A DNA stretch of 64,000 nucleotides from Cladosporium halotolerans (taxonomy: Eukaryota): NCBI RefSeq assembly GCF_011745625.1, contig NW_027191454.1, positions 496,001 through 560,000 of the forward strand. The letters run 5' to 3'. Below the pieces are notes generated by a model. It made no database searches, was not told the origin of the DNA, and saw nothing but the letters and a program-made list of their open reading frames with translations. Below are positions 1 through 11,628 of the stretch, in pieces. The translations under genes and the position numbers were made by a program. The stretch's first letter is position 1, and every line of letters begins with the position of its first letter.

Positions 1-2958
1 TTCAGCATCACCAAGGCCGCCACTGCAGCAGACGAACTGTTTGCCACAATCGATAAACAATCCTCAATAGATCCTATGTCAAGCGTAGGCCTGCAGCCCG
101 AACATTGCATTGGTGACATCGAACTGGAGGATGTTCGCTTTGCTTATCCCTCTCGGCCGGATAGCCAGGTTCTTGATTCTCTCACCCTTTCGATCCCTGC
201 TCGGAAAACTACCGCCCTGGTTGGAGCCAGTGGATCTGGCAAAAGTACTATTGTTGCTCTCTTGGAGCGCTGGTATGACCAAACAGCTGGTTCAATCACA
301 TTGGATGGAATCAACATTCGTGAATTGAACTTGCGCTACCTCCGCACCAAAATCCGTCTTGTACAGCAAGAGCCGGTCTTGTTCAGCGGCACCGTATTTG
401 ACAATGTCGTCTACGGACTCCTTGGGACTGAGAACGAGAATGCATCTGAAGAGAAGAAGCTGCAGCTTGTTAAAGATGCATGCAAAGATGCTTTTGCTCA
501 CGAGTTCATCGAACAACTCCCTGAGCAATACTACACTAAAATTGGAGAACGCGCCAGGATGCTTTCTGGTGGTGAGTACCCTCCTTTGAATGGTGAGAAT
601 GACTTCCTACAGTTGACACTGAACACGCAGGCCAAAAGCAAAGAATTGCTATCGCAAGAAGTATCATATCGAACCCTCCTATCTTGTTGCTGGATGAAGC
701 AACCAGTGCTCTTGATCCGAGAGCCGAGAAAATCGTCCAGCAAGCGCTCGACAATGTTAGTGCGAACAGGACGACCATTACAATTGCACACAAACTTTCA
801 ACTATTCAGAAAGCCGACAACATTGCTGTCATGTCGCAAGGCGCTGTGATCGAGCAAGGTACTCACAATGGCCTCTTGGCTCAAGGCGGTGCCTATGCCA
901 AGCTTGTCCACTCGCAGGACCTCGAGCGTGCTACGGACAAACGTGGGAGTGACGCTGAAGAGGTCTCGGACGAAGAAATGCTAGAAGACGAAGATTCGAA
1001 CCCACGAAAACTGGCTCTGAAGCGGACGGTAAGCTCAGCGGGAAGCGCCAACGTCCCCGGTGATAAGAAAGAGACAACCGAAACAATGGGCTATGGTCTC
1101 TTCAGATGCCTTTGCCTTCTCGTCAGGGAACAACCAGAGCTTTGGTATCTCTATGTCATCACTGCAATTGTGTCTATCCTTGGCGGAGGCACACTTGCCG
1201 CGCAAGCGATTCTGTTCTCGCGCACCTTCAACGTCTTCCAGATGACCGGTAGCGAAGCAACTTCCGAGGGCGATTTTTGGTCACTCATGTTCTTCGTCGT
1301 CGCGATCGCCAACTGGTTCCTCTACTTCAGTCTGGGCTGGACGTGCAACGTGATCTCGCAGAAAGTCACCCGCCGATACAGGCTCGAGCTGTTCAAGAAC
1401 ACCGTCAAGCAAGACATCGCCTTCTTCGACAAAGAAGAGAACGCCACCGGAGCGACTACAGCCCGGCTTTCTCGATGTGCTACGGACCTACAGGAGCTTC
1501 TCAGCGGCAACGCTGGCCTGGTAGTCACCAATGTCGTCACCACGATATCTTGCAGTATCCTGGGTATCGCGTATGGCTGGAAGCTGGGACTCGTGTGCAC
1601 ATTTGCTGCCATGCCACCGCTCATTCTGGGTGGATATTACGGTATTCGTCTTGCCTACAAGCTTGACGAGGATACTGAGACGCGCTTCGCTGGAAGCGCT
1701 GCCATCGCCGCTGAAGCCGTCTCCTCTATTAGGACAGTGGCTTCTCTTGTTTTAGAGAGCACTGTGCTACGGCACTATGAGGAATGCTTGACCATGGTTG
1801 CCAAGAAGTCTAAGAAGAAGCTCTCGTTGACCCTGATATTCTACTCTCTGACACAGAGTATCAACTTCTTGGCGATGGCACTCGGTTTCTGGTAAGATTC
1901 TCCCCTTTGTTGACAAAGCACTTCGAGCTGCAACCTTTCAGCCTTTTGACCATCCTCTGACAACGAATAGGTATGGCAGCAAGCTTGTCAGCACCGGGGA
2001 ATACAACACAACACAGTTTTATGTCGTGTTCATCGCCATCATCCTCGGCGGAGAATCTGTTGCATCCTTCTTTCAGTATTCGACAAGTATCTCCAAGGCG
2101 ACCCCTGCCGCCAACTACATCTTCTATCTCCGGACCCAAACGCCGGGTTTCAACGCCGACGACAATGAAGGAGGTGATTTTGATCAAACGCTGGAAAAGC
2201 CCGCGTCCGTTAGCATTGAATCGCTGGAGTTCGCTTACCCTTCACGGCCGCGAGCTCAAGTCATCAAGAGCATCGACGTCCGCGTCCCGGCTGGCAAGTT
2301 CGTCGCTTTTGTCGGCCCATCAGGTTGTGGCAAGTCTACAATGATCTCACTTCTCACACGCTTTTACGATCCCACCTCTGGCGATATTGTCGTCAACGGA
2401 CGATCAATCACCGATATCGACCCAAGACAACATCGCCGCCGCCTCGCTCTTGTCCAGCAAGAACCCGTCCTTTACTCAGGCAGCATCCGCGACAACGTCG
2501 CAATGGGCATCATCGAATCCGCCGAGCCCTCAGAAGCCCAGATCGAAGACGCGCTGAGGAGCGCAAACATATTCGACTTCGTCAAATCCCTACCAGAAGG
2601 CCTCAACACGCCTCTCGGCAACCGCGGCACGCAACTGTCAGGCGGTCAACGCCAGCGTGTCGCCATCGCCCGAGCACTCATCCGCAACCCGAGGATCCTC
2701 CTGCTCGACGAAGCAACTTCGGCCCTCGACACTGAGAGCGAGAAGATCGTGCAGTCGGCGCTTATGGAGGCTGCTAAAGAGGGCGGACGGACGACGATTG
2801 CGGTTGCGCATCGGCTGAGTACGATCAAGGATGCTGATACCATCTGCGTATTTCAGGCTGGGAGGATTATTGAGGTCGGCGACCATGCGAGTTTGATTGC
2901 GAAGCGGGGGACGTATTTTGAGATGTGTAAGGGGCAGGCGCTGGATAAGGCGGCCTAG
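1..2958 (+). CDS. ABCB/MDR-type full-length ABC transporter, 5'-partial (NBD1-TMD2-NBD2)
   Basis: Walker [10 protein letters not shown] and GPSGCGKST. Signature [13 protein letters not shown] (rebuilt across intron 572-630) and [13 protein letters not shown]. Walker [11 protein letters not shown] occurs twice, with TM helices between the NBDs. Second intron 1892-1970 joins LGFW|YGSKLV. Stop TAG at 2956-2958. Confidence 0.95.
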
Positions 2959-3717
2959 GGCGTTTGATTTGGTTGGTCGATCCAGCAAACATTTGGTCAG
3001 GAGTGATAGGAGAACGCTACTTCACTCCGCTTATATCACGTTTAGTACATGTTGATTCAATCATCATCCTCTGTAAGCATAGAGAGCAAAATTGCCATGG
3101 TTGGGATTTTTGAGACAAAGCCTCAGTGACTGCCTTTGTTACCTAGGTAGTCAACACGCTGCGGCATCGCAAACAAAACAGTGGCTTGCTTTGTATGATA
3201 CGACACTCGCGTGTCGGCAGATCACATCGTAAACATGAAGATGCTCTGAACTCTTTTGGCGTGCTTCCCAAGGAGCTGTCCCAGGAGTCCTGGGCATCGT
3301 GTACGACTTTTTGATACCTCCGCCAGGGCACCTGTATGCCGACCGCCTCTTTCGTTCTGCTGATCCTCTCGGACCCCCGATTGTATCGCAGAGCGCTGAA
3401 GCGGTGGCAATACGCGCGATGCGGTACTGGGAGACGTCACAATGTGACTGCAACATGCTGACAAAGTGACTGCTGGGCAGTGAATGCTCGAGGCCGTCTC
3501 ATTGAATGGCATTGAAGCTAACGAAACCACCTGCTTTGCGTTCACCATCTACTTCTTCACTATGTGCATTGAACGGCGCCTTTCCTCCATCGTATAGACA
3601 CCACCTCTTCGCACGCACCGAACTGTCAGAAGTTCAAACACCGAAAAACATCCAAGAAGACTCTCCGGCAGTTCAACCAACCTCCTAAACATTCTCCGAA
3701 GATCTTTGTTATCAATC

Positions 3718-4404
3718 ATGCCGGCAAACGAGTCGCGTCAGACAACACCGAAGGTCACCACTTCCGATGGCTTCCCACTCATGGAGCTTCCATACGATGT
3801 GAGGCATAACATCATCGAGCACATGATCGACGAGCAGACGATCCGACCATTCATGATACCTTACGCGACTCCCATCGGCCTCCCTAATGCAGCTCGTGCC
3901 GGCGACCGCCTCCTTAGGCGCGAATGCATTCTTATCACGTTGAAGCTAACGACACTGGAGGTGCAAACTGGAGCCAGAAATCTGATCCTTCAAAGGTGGC
4001 TAGCGAGCATCTCCTTCGAAGGTGTGGAGACCTCCTACAAGACCGCCTTCGATGCGATCCGCTCGTTGAAGTTCACGCGCTTCTCGCTCTTCCCAATCGC
4101 GCAGGTGACGTACGATGACATTGTGCTGTGCCAAAAGAGCAAGCACCTGCGCAAGTTAACGATCAACTTCCACCCCGACGCGCTGATCGTCTCTCACCTT
4201 GGTCCGGTCCTGAACTATGCCCCTGCATTCAGGCAGGATTCTCACCTGGCCGGGCTATTAGAGCTCTCGAATCTTGAAGAGCTGCGGATCGAGACGTCGG
4301 GTCCGGAGGCGCGGATGAGGGAGATCCGTGAACTGGCCGCATGGTTCGAAGAGGAGTTCGAAAAGCGGGCTCGGAAAGTGAGTGTGACCGTCCACAGGCC
4401 ATGA
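3718..4404 (+). CDS. Hypothetical protein with N-terminal F-box-like motif; paralog of the next gene
   Basis: 228-codon ORF from ATG 3718. Motif FPLMELPYDVRHNIIEH; extensive colinear similarity to 4962-5885. Confidence 0.75.
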   Translation: MPANESRQTTPKVTTSDGFPLMELPYDVRHNIIEHMIDEQTIRPFMIPYATPIGLPNAARAGDRLLRRECILITLKLTTLEVQTGARNLILQRWLASISFEGVETSYKTAFDAIRSLKFTRFSLFPIAQVTYDDIVLCQKSKHLRKLTINFHPDALIVSHLGPVLNYAPAFRQDSHLAGLLELSNLEELRIETSGPEARMREIRELAAWFEEEFEKRARKVSVTVHRP

Positions 4405-4961
4405 GTTGCTTCTCTAGGCGGTGGCAGAAAGGTTCTCTGGGAAATGTGGCGGGGATATCGCGCCTATGATCATAGGCCAGACTCCTTTCCGAGCAGTATT
4501 GTTCTGAGTTGAAGAGGCATACTAGGTAGCAAACTGCGCACCATTGTCGATACCTCAGTATTACATGCATTGGCATTCTCCAAAGCGTGAGATATGTGCG
4601 CAGATTGCCGCGAACGATCGCTGATGGCATTTGTCAGGCAAGGCACTCAGGTGTAGTACTCGAAGGGATACACCAGCAGGATGTCTGACTTACATATCAA
4701 CAGTGAATATATCCTAGTGACTGCGCGGAGCGATCGACCAGTACGGCAGTCACTGGCCCCAAATTTACGTGCACAATTCACCTTGCCGCGCGCGCCAGGT
4801 GCAGGGCCTTTCCACCATCTCCGTCACCCATATATACACCAACAACTTTATGCGCTTGTCAGGACAAAAGTTCAAAAGCATTTCTCTAGTCGAGCCAAAC
4901 ACGCTTCCGAGCATCCGTGAATCCATTTCAAGCACCTTCAACTTCGGCAAAACCAACCACG

Positions 4962-5885
4962 ATGCCGCTGTCCTTCGCACAGATCTGTGCAAGAGCCAAT
5001 GGCGCAGAGGTGAGTATTGAATATCGAGGATGTCAAGACCGATGCTAACTTCTCAAATCCTAGATCGTCGAGTTCGATGGCCTCACAATGACCAAGGAAC
5101 TGGCCCTTGTCGTGAGATCAGCATCCGGAACCTACGCGGTGCACCACCAACAACTGCAGGCGACCGAACTCTTTCTTTCCGACATGCCAAATAAGGACTC
5201 TTTGCATAGAACCTCCGAGGGCCTCCGCCGCATTTCGCAATCTGGTCTGCCGCTGATGGAGTTGCCCTACGACGTGAGGCACACAATCCTCGAGCACTTG
5301 GTGGACAGCCAGACGATCCGGGCCTTCCTTAAGTGGTCCGAAATTGCTCTTCGTCTTCCAGTACTGGCTCGCGCAGGCAACCGTCTCCTGAGGCGCGAGT
5401 GCATCCTCGTTGCCCTGAAATCTTCAACCATCGAGATTCACAGCGGTCCAGGGAATGACGCCCTACAGTCGTGGCTGAAAAAGATTTCCTTCGAGGGAGT
5501 GGAAACTTTCTGCAAGAATGGGTACGACGCGGTCTGCTCGCTGAAGTTTCCATACTTTTCCCGCTTCCCCCATGACCGGCCAGGGATCACCATCAACCAC
5601 GACGTCTTGCTGAGCCAGGAATGCAAGCATGTGCGGAAGATTTCAATTGACTTCCACTACAATGAGTTGGGCGGTTACGGATGCCGTGATCCATTTATCA
5701 AGGATGCAGCCACCTTGCGCACGAACTACCAGCTGGATGGCTTGTTGGAATGCTCGCATCTCGAAAAGCTGGAGATTCAGACGTCCGTTGAGGGCGCGAA
5801 GAGGAGCGGCATAGATGAGCTGATTGTCTGGTTCACCGATGAGTTCCAGAAGCGTGGCCAGAAGACCGTTGTTAGCCTTGCTTGA
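4962..5885 (+). CDS. Hypothetical protein with F-box-like motif; paralog of the previous gene
   Basis: ATG 4962 (MPLSFAQICARANGAE). Intron 5010-5063 (GTGAGT...GCTAAC...TAG) joins in frame to the 5088-5885 ORF. Motif LPLMELPYDVRHTILEH. Confidence 0.78.
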
Positions 5886-6243
5886 GACGGCTTTTGTCAC
5901 CAAATCCAAGTATTAGGGGAGGATGCGTGGCAAAGAACTCGCACGCGCATGCGGAGGTGTCGATTTCAAACGTAGATAGTCCTTAGGGCTACTCAGTGTG
6001 AGAGTGAAGGCCGATGCGGGGCACGGATGTCGATAACTTCTCTACTCGTGGATGACAACGTCTGATAGAAGTCCGTGTCTGTTGCTTTGCCACGAAAGGG
6101 TGAGACCCCTCAGGCTTTGGGAAGCAGGATCCGGTGTATAGCTTCAGTCCTCAAGTAAATTCAGACCATCAGTATCCAGTTTCGTTCAGTAAAATTTTGA
6201 CACTGCCTCGACTTGCGATTGTCCTCGAGACATCGTGTATTCA

Positions 6244-6471
6244 TCATCTCGAGCTGATGCCCATCCTCTGCTCCCTCGCCTTCTTAGCTCTCGCTGCATG
6301 AGCCCGAGCACTAGCCGCGGGAGAGTCATCATTTTCGATCAAGCTCTCTGTTGTATCTTGTGAGCTATCCATTTGATGCTGCTTCATTGCCTCGTTCGCC
6401 GCCTGGCGCTGCTCGAAAGCAGCAATGTCGGCTTGAGTGAGTGTAATTTTGGTAGGAGAGCGAGAAAGCAT
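6244..6471 (-). CDS. CDC26: Anaphase-promoting complex subunit CDC26/Hcn1-like
   Basis: 75-aa ORF starting MLSRSPTKITLTQADIAAFE, which matches the CDC26 N-terminal pattern MLRRxPTxIxLxxxDIxxYE, followed by a low-complexity tail. Confidence 0.8.
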   Translation of the reverse strand: MLSRSPTKITLTQADIAAFEQRQAANEAMKQHQMDSSQDTTESLIENDDSPAASARAHAARAKKAREQRMGISSR

Positions 6472-6718
6472 GATGCTTAGAATTCCAGGTTATAAATAGT
6501 GCTTTGATACGTTTTTGTATTCGTTATTGTATCCTCGTAGGAATGTTGGTAACAGGTCTCACGCCATGTTGTCGAGACGCGATGTTGTCGCGATTGCCGC
6601 AAGGGGAAGGAAGCCCGAGGCGAGCGGGAGACGGCGATCTCTTGGCCATGAACTTCCGCTTGATGAGCACGCTTCGAGAGGAGTGCCGGGCGAAAGATTA
6701 GCTGCGTCCACAGCCAAA

Positions 6719-8080
6719 ATGATACAACAACGCAGCCTCGCCCTCCTGGGTGCTGCTGAGCGACAGATTGTCCGTCAGAAATGGCGACAGAACGGACAGT
6801 GCCTGCGCTGCTTCCACGCCTCGAGGCAGCAAATGGCCGAGGAGGGCAATGGAAAGCCGGCCAACGACAACGGAACTCCTTACAACGCACCGAAGCGTGG
6901 ACCCAATCGACAGGAGCGCGCCGCGAAGGTGTCTTCTGAGGTCTCTGCCATTGCGGCCGACCTGCCTAAGGCCAACCTCAAGGGACGCAATGCCGAGGTG
7001 GAAGGAGCTCAATCGAGAGGCACTGGCGTCACCCCTCAAGCGAAGGGCAAATATGTTGGACCTGGACGGATGGGAGAGAATGACAGCGTGCGCAAGGAGG
7101 GTCCTTTCGCGCAGCCCGTCGGCAGGGTGACCAGGGAGTCTGATGAAGACCCCACCACATCGAAAGAGGCGCGCGGCGTGAGGACGCCAGACAGCAAGCT
7201 GGAGGACCCAGAGCAGGGCGGCGCAAGTGTCATGGAGCCTCTTGGAGCGGTTCCTGAAGCCGCGAGTGCCAGCAAGCCTACTGCCGGCACAGAAGAAGCA
7301 GTGGCTACAAACGCCTCTCCTGTCGAAAACGCAAAGCCAGTGGCCCCAGCGGAGAACGTTGCCCCCTCGAAAGGGTCCCCAACCGCTGAGGAGTACCTAA
7401 ACTCCGGCCTGGGTAGCTCCACGCTCCTGGCCTCCAACTTCGCCGGGATGGTAGCAGACCGCGCCAGCCTTGTCGCCCCAAGAAGCTCTCCATCGGCCCC
7501 TGCCCCGGCCGAGGTCGTGCGCCGCCTCAGACACCAAGGCGGCCATCTTCTCGCCTTCCATTCCCATGCAGAAGAAAAAGCATATCGGAGCCCTCGTGAA
7601 AAGCTGATCGCGGAAAGAGACGCGCTGCAACAGGAGATCGAGAGGACGAAAAGGGAACGAGGCTTAGGCTGGAAGAGCCTACCAACGGAGCTGAGGTCAA
7701 AGTACCACGGCGTCAGAGAGCAAATCCAAGCAATGCCCAAATTCACCCCTATGCCGATAAGGTCTCGAAAAGCGATCGTCAACCGTATGGTGTCTGGTCA
7801 GTACGACGAGCAAATCTTGTTCAAGCCTGGCACGCCCGCGCACGAGCAGCCGGTGGCCAAGACTGTTACCAAGGAATTGCTGAAGAATCCCACCTATCTC
7901 AACAAAGACATGGAGAAGCTGCGGACGAAGCTCAGGAGTCTGCTCCCAGCTCCTGTCGCTAAGCCTGCGGCTAAGAAGCCTGCAGTCAAGAAGCCTGAGG
8001 CCAAGAAACCCGAGGTCAAGAAGTCTGAGGCCAAGAAACCTGCGGCCAAGAGGCCGGCTAAGGAAGCAAAGGCAAACTGA
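6719..8080 (+). CDS. Uncharacterised, probably mitochondrial protein with Lys/Pro/Ala-rich repeat tail
   Basis: Long intronless ORF with first good-context ATG at 6719 (CAAAATG). Arg-rich, acid-poor N-terminus ending CLRCFHASR (presequence-like). C-terminal KKPxxK repeats. Confidence 0.7.
   Translation: MIQQRSLALLGAAERQIVRQKWRQNGQCLRCFHASRQQMAEEGNGKPANDNGTPYNAPKRGPNRQERAAKVSSEVSAIAADLPKANLKGRNAEVEGAQSRGTGVTPQAKGKYVGPGRMGENDSVRKEGPFAQPVGRVTRESDEDPTTSKEARGVRTPDSKLEDPEQGGASVMEPLGAVPEAASASKPTAGTEEAVATNASPVENAKPVAPAENVAPSKGSPTAEEYLNSGLGSSTLLASNFAGMVADRASLVAPRSSPSAPAPAEVVRRLRHQGGHLLAFHSHAEEKAYRSPREKLIAERDALQQEIERTKRERGLGWKSLPTELRSKYHGVREQIQAMPKFTPMPIRSRKAIVNRMVSGQYDEQILFKPGTPAHEQPVAKTVTKELLKNPTYLNKDMEKLRTKLRSLLPAPVAKPAAKKPAVKKPEAKKPEVKKSEAKKPAAKRPAKEAKAN
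7961..8060 (+). repeat. Coding 15-bp minisatellite (about 6-7 units) encoding KKP(A/E)(A/V) repeats
   Basis: aagaagcctgcagtc / aagaagcctgaggcc / aagaaacccgaggtc / aagaagtctgaggcc / aagaaacctgcggcc. Confidence 0.85.
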
Positions 8081-8468
8081 TCAGCAGCAATGTATCTAAA
8101 TGTACCAAAGAAGTGTATAACAATATGTCAAAGCAAGACAGAGAAAAAGTCGAAATTCATCATACGTTGCTGTACTATTCCCACGCACAGCCATCAGGAG
8201 CGGCCTTGCCAGATGCAGCCTGTCTTGCTCTCGCTTCTCAGCCAAGCTATGACAATCAGCTTCTGCAAATAGTGCTGGACACGCCCGTCCGCGAGGCCAA
8301 ATAAACCCCCTGCGCAGCGCCTTGCCGGGGATGCTAGACCGAGTAATGCTAACTCACATCCCAACTCCTCTTTCCAACCGAGCAAGAAATCTGACTCAAA
8401 TCGCGTATGACGAGTCGGCGTACATATCGCGAAGGCATGGTGTGCTTCCGGTTCTGCAATCGAGACAC

Positions 8469-9599
8469 TTATGCGTGTGCGTTCGTGGAGTTTTGAAGCT
8501 CACCGGTGAGTTCGGCTTGCCTGACAGGGGCGAAGTATGGGTGTGCCATCGCCTCCTTCGCTGTGAGACGCTCCTGGAGTTTCTGTCAGTATTTCTTCAC
8601 GTTGGGAATGTAATCCAGATGTTGACATACCTGGTGGTCGTAGCGTAATAATTTGTCAAGGAAATCGATCGCGTCATTGCTAACAAAGCGCTGGTTTTCC
8701 GAGTTGACGAAAGCGTGCCAGCTCTTCTTCGGGAACCTTCCCAGGATGTCGTCGTACTGCGCGTCGAGCTCTATGTCGTACTTGTCGAGGTAGTCGAAGA
8801 GATCCTCCGTTCCCAACACCTTCGCGATCTTAACCAGCTGGTCGGAGTTGGAGTTTCCGTGGAAGAATGGCTCTTTCCTGAAGATCATGCTCGCGAACAT
8901 AGCTCCCAAACTCCACATGTCTAAGCTGTAGTCGTATTCTTGGAAATCCACCAAAAGCTCAGGTCCCTTGAAATAGCGCGAGGCCACGCGCACGTTGTAT
9001 TCGGTTCCGGCGTGGTAGAACTCAGCAAGACCCCAGTCAATCAGCCGCAGCTTTCGAGCCTCGTGGTCAATCATGACGTTGTGCGGTTTGACATCTCTGT
9101 GCATGATGCCTTTCGAGTGGCAGAAGTCCAGCGCTTTCAGAAGCTCGTTGATATAATACCGGACATCGATATCCTGGAACTTGGGGTATAGTGTGCGGAA
9201 GTCGGTGTTATTGACATGCTCGAATATCAGGGACGGCGTCTTCGATTGCGAGTCGCGTACCACGTCCAGTAATGCGACGATGTTGGGCCCGCCAGACAGG
9301 TTTTGCAGGATTTTGATCTCGCGCTTGATCTTCTTCTTCTTAACGGGCTTGAGGACCTTGATGACGCACTTCTGGTAGTTAACCACGTTGATGCCCTCAA
9401 AGACTTCACTGTATTTTCCGCGGCCTGGCGAACTGCGTGTCAGCATTCAATTCCAAGAGCAGCACGCGATCCGGGACGTCGTACCTATTTTGCGCACGAC
9501 CTCGTAGTTCTCCAGTACGCCCCAGCTGATGTTCACACTGTCATAATCCCAGTATGCCCGCGGCATCTGCTGGTTGACATCGGCGTAGACGCGCGCCAT
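8469..9599 (-). CDS. CKA1: Casein kinase II catalytic alpha subunit
   Basis: Begins [20 protein letters not shown]; contains [28 protein letters not shown] and DWGLAEF. Introns 9425-9484 and 8574-8630. Last exon [14 protein letters not shown]...HA*, with TAA at 8471-8469. Confidence 0.97.
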
Positions 9600-10122
9600 G
9601 GTGACAGATCGAGCGCGCTCGCTCAGTGCGCGCTATGAGTGATATACAGCGGGGATGGAGGGGTTGGAAGAAATGAGCTTCGAGCGGTCAGGCTGGGGTG
9701 AGGCCTGCCGGGGCGGCGCGGTGGTCGAGGGCAGGCGGTGAGGGCGGCGACGCAGGACAGCGTGTTCGACGTGGTGCAGTCGTAGACCGAGCTGGCCAGG
9801 CTCTGCTGGTTGGAGGTCGGGGTTGGTCGTGTGGTGGGGCTGTTTTGGGCTGGAGAGCAGAGTCGCACTTGGACGTCGGCTGGGCTGGCTGGCCCGAAGC
9901 TGCCGGCGGCGGACCTTGCCGTCCTGCAGCCGCTGCAAGATCGGCGTCACTTTCACTTGCAATTTAGCTTCGCGGCATGTGATCGATCCTACACTCTCAT
10001 TGCACTTTGCGACTTCCTCTTCGGACGCGTCGCAAACCATGGACATGGTACCATGAAACGATCTGGCACTCTACGACACTTGAAGCACGGAGGAATGCGG
10101 AGACGGCTCAAGGCCCACAGCA

Positions 10123-11143
10123 ATGTTCTACGACCTTAACGTGCCTTGGACGGCCAACGATACCGGTCTTCCCAGGACCCTGAACTTCCTATACGAGCTT
10201 GGATACAGTGTTGTCGCTCTCAACTACATCCTGATTGGAAAGCTCCCAAATGAGCTTGTACGTGATCCTCTTGCCATACTAAAGGCCTCTGACTGACAAC
10301 ACCGACCAGTCCTGCGCAATCCCGAATCCCTTGCCGTACAAAGACCTACCCTCGAAACTCGAAATCCGGCGTCGCATAACCGTCACGCTCACAGACTCGC
10401 TGCAAAATGCGCGTCTCAATGCACTGGCAGCCCAGTACGACATCCTCGCCCTGAGGCCCACGGACGAGAAGACGCTACAGCTTGCCTGCGGCAGCCTCGA
10501 CTGCGACATCATTTCCCTCGACCTATCGCAGCGATTCCCTTTCCACTTCAAAATCAAAACTCTCACAGAAGCGATCAAGCTGGGGAAGAAAATCGAGATA
10601 TGCTACGGCCATGGGTTGCTCGGAGACAGCCAGGGAAGGAGGAACTTGATCAGCAATGTGACGCAGATCATCCGCGCCACTAGAAGCCGAGGGCTTATTA
10701 TCAGCTCTGAGGCTAAGGGTGCTGTGGCGTGCAGAGGACCATGGGACGCTATAAACCTGTCTGCGGTTTGGGGACTGGGGCAGGAGAGAGGGTATGAGGC
10801 AATGACGAAAGAGGCGAGGAATGCTCTGGTTGGCGCACAATTGAAGCGTTCAAGCTTTAGAGGAGTGATCAATGTCGTCCATGGAGGCGAGAAGCCCGCG
10901 CCGGAGGTGAAAGCCGGTGCAACCGAGAAGAAGGGCGAAGCGCAGAAGCAGAAAGGGCAGATGACAAACGGGCAGGGCGCGAACGGTCAAAAGAGGAAGT
11001 CCGATGCTCTAGGAAGTGAGACAAATGACAGTGGCTCTGGGATTCCCATGAGCAAGACACAGATGAAAAAGCGCGCGAAGAAAGAGAAGATGGAGGCGGA
11101 AAGCAAAGCCGCAAAGTCTACAGGTGACGCGAAATCGAATTAA
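10123..11143 (+). CDS. RPP1: RNase P/MRP subunit p30
   Basis: Exon 1 MFYDLNVPW...ELGYSVVALN; intron 10258-10309. Motifs YDILALRPTDEK, DIISLDLS, GLIISSEA and RGPWDAINL. Lys-rich NLS-like tail. Confidence 0.92.
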
Positions 11144-11628
11144 ATGACAACTATCTGAAGACCTACTGGTATCTCATCGGCTGCATTGAATCAGGTCCCC
11201 TTCTCCTCCAGAGTATTCGGACAGACGTTGACTCCGTCATGACACATTGCTGGGGAATCAGCCCCGCCCTCGCAGATGCTGGGCGAAATACACTTGAGCT
11301 TTGCCACACCAGACTTTGAGTTGAATAATGAGGACCACGCGTAAAACTGTGGTGTGGTTTAACTGAGGTAGGTCAACGAAAGAAGCTCCCTTGCTTTCTT
11401 TCTATTGTTGATTGGGCCTCAAGGAAAATTCGGGGCTGTCCTACATTCCAAACGCGGTGTAGGAATCAACATGGCTGGTAGACGCGTCGAACCCATTTCT
11501 CGCAATGCCAACGGACATGGACGTGTCGCTTTGGATGCCGTGAGACTCCGCCCTCTAGCCTTATGAAACTAACCTGTGTACATCTTGGATTAGTTGTCGC
11601 TCGTTCGACAAGAGGCCGCCAATCCGTC

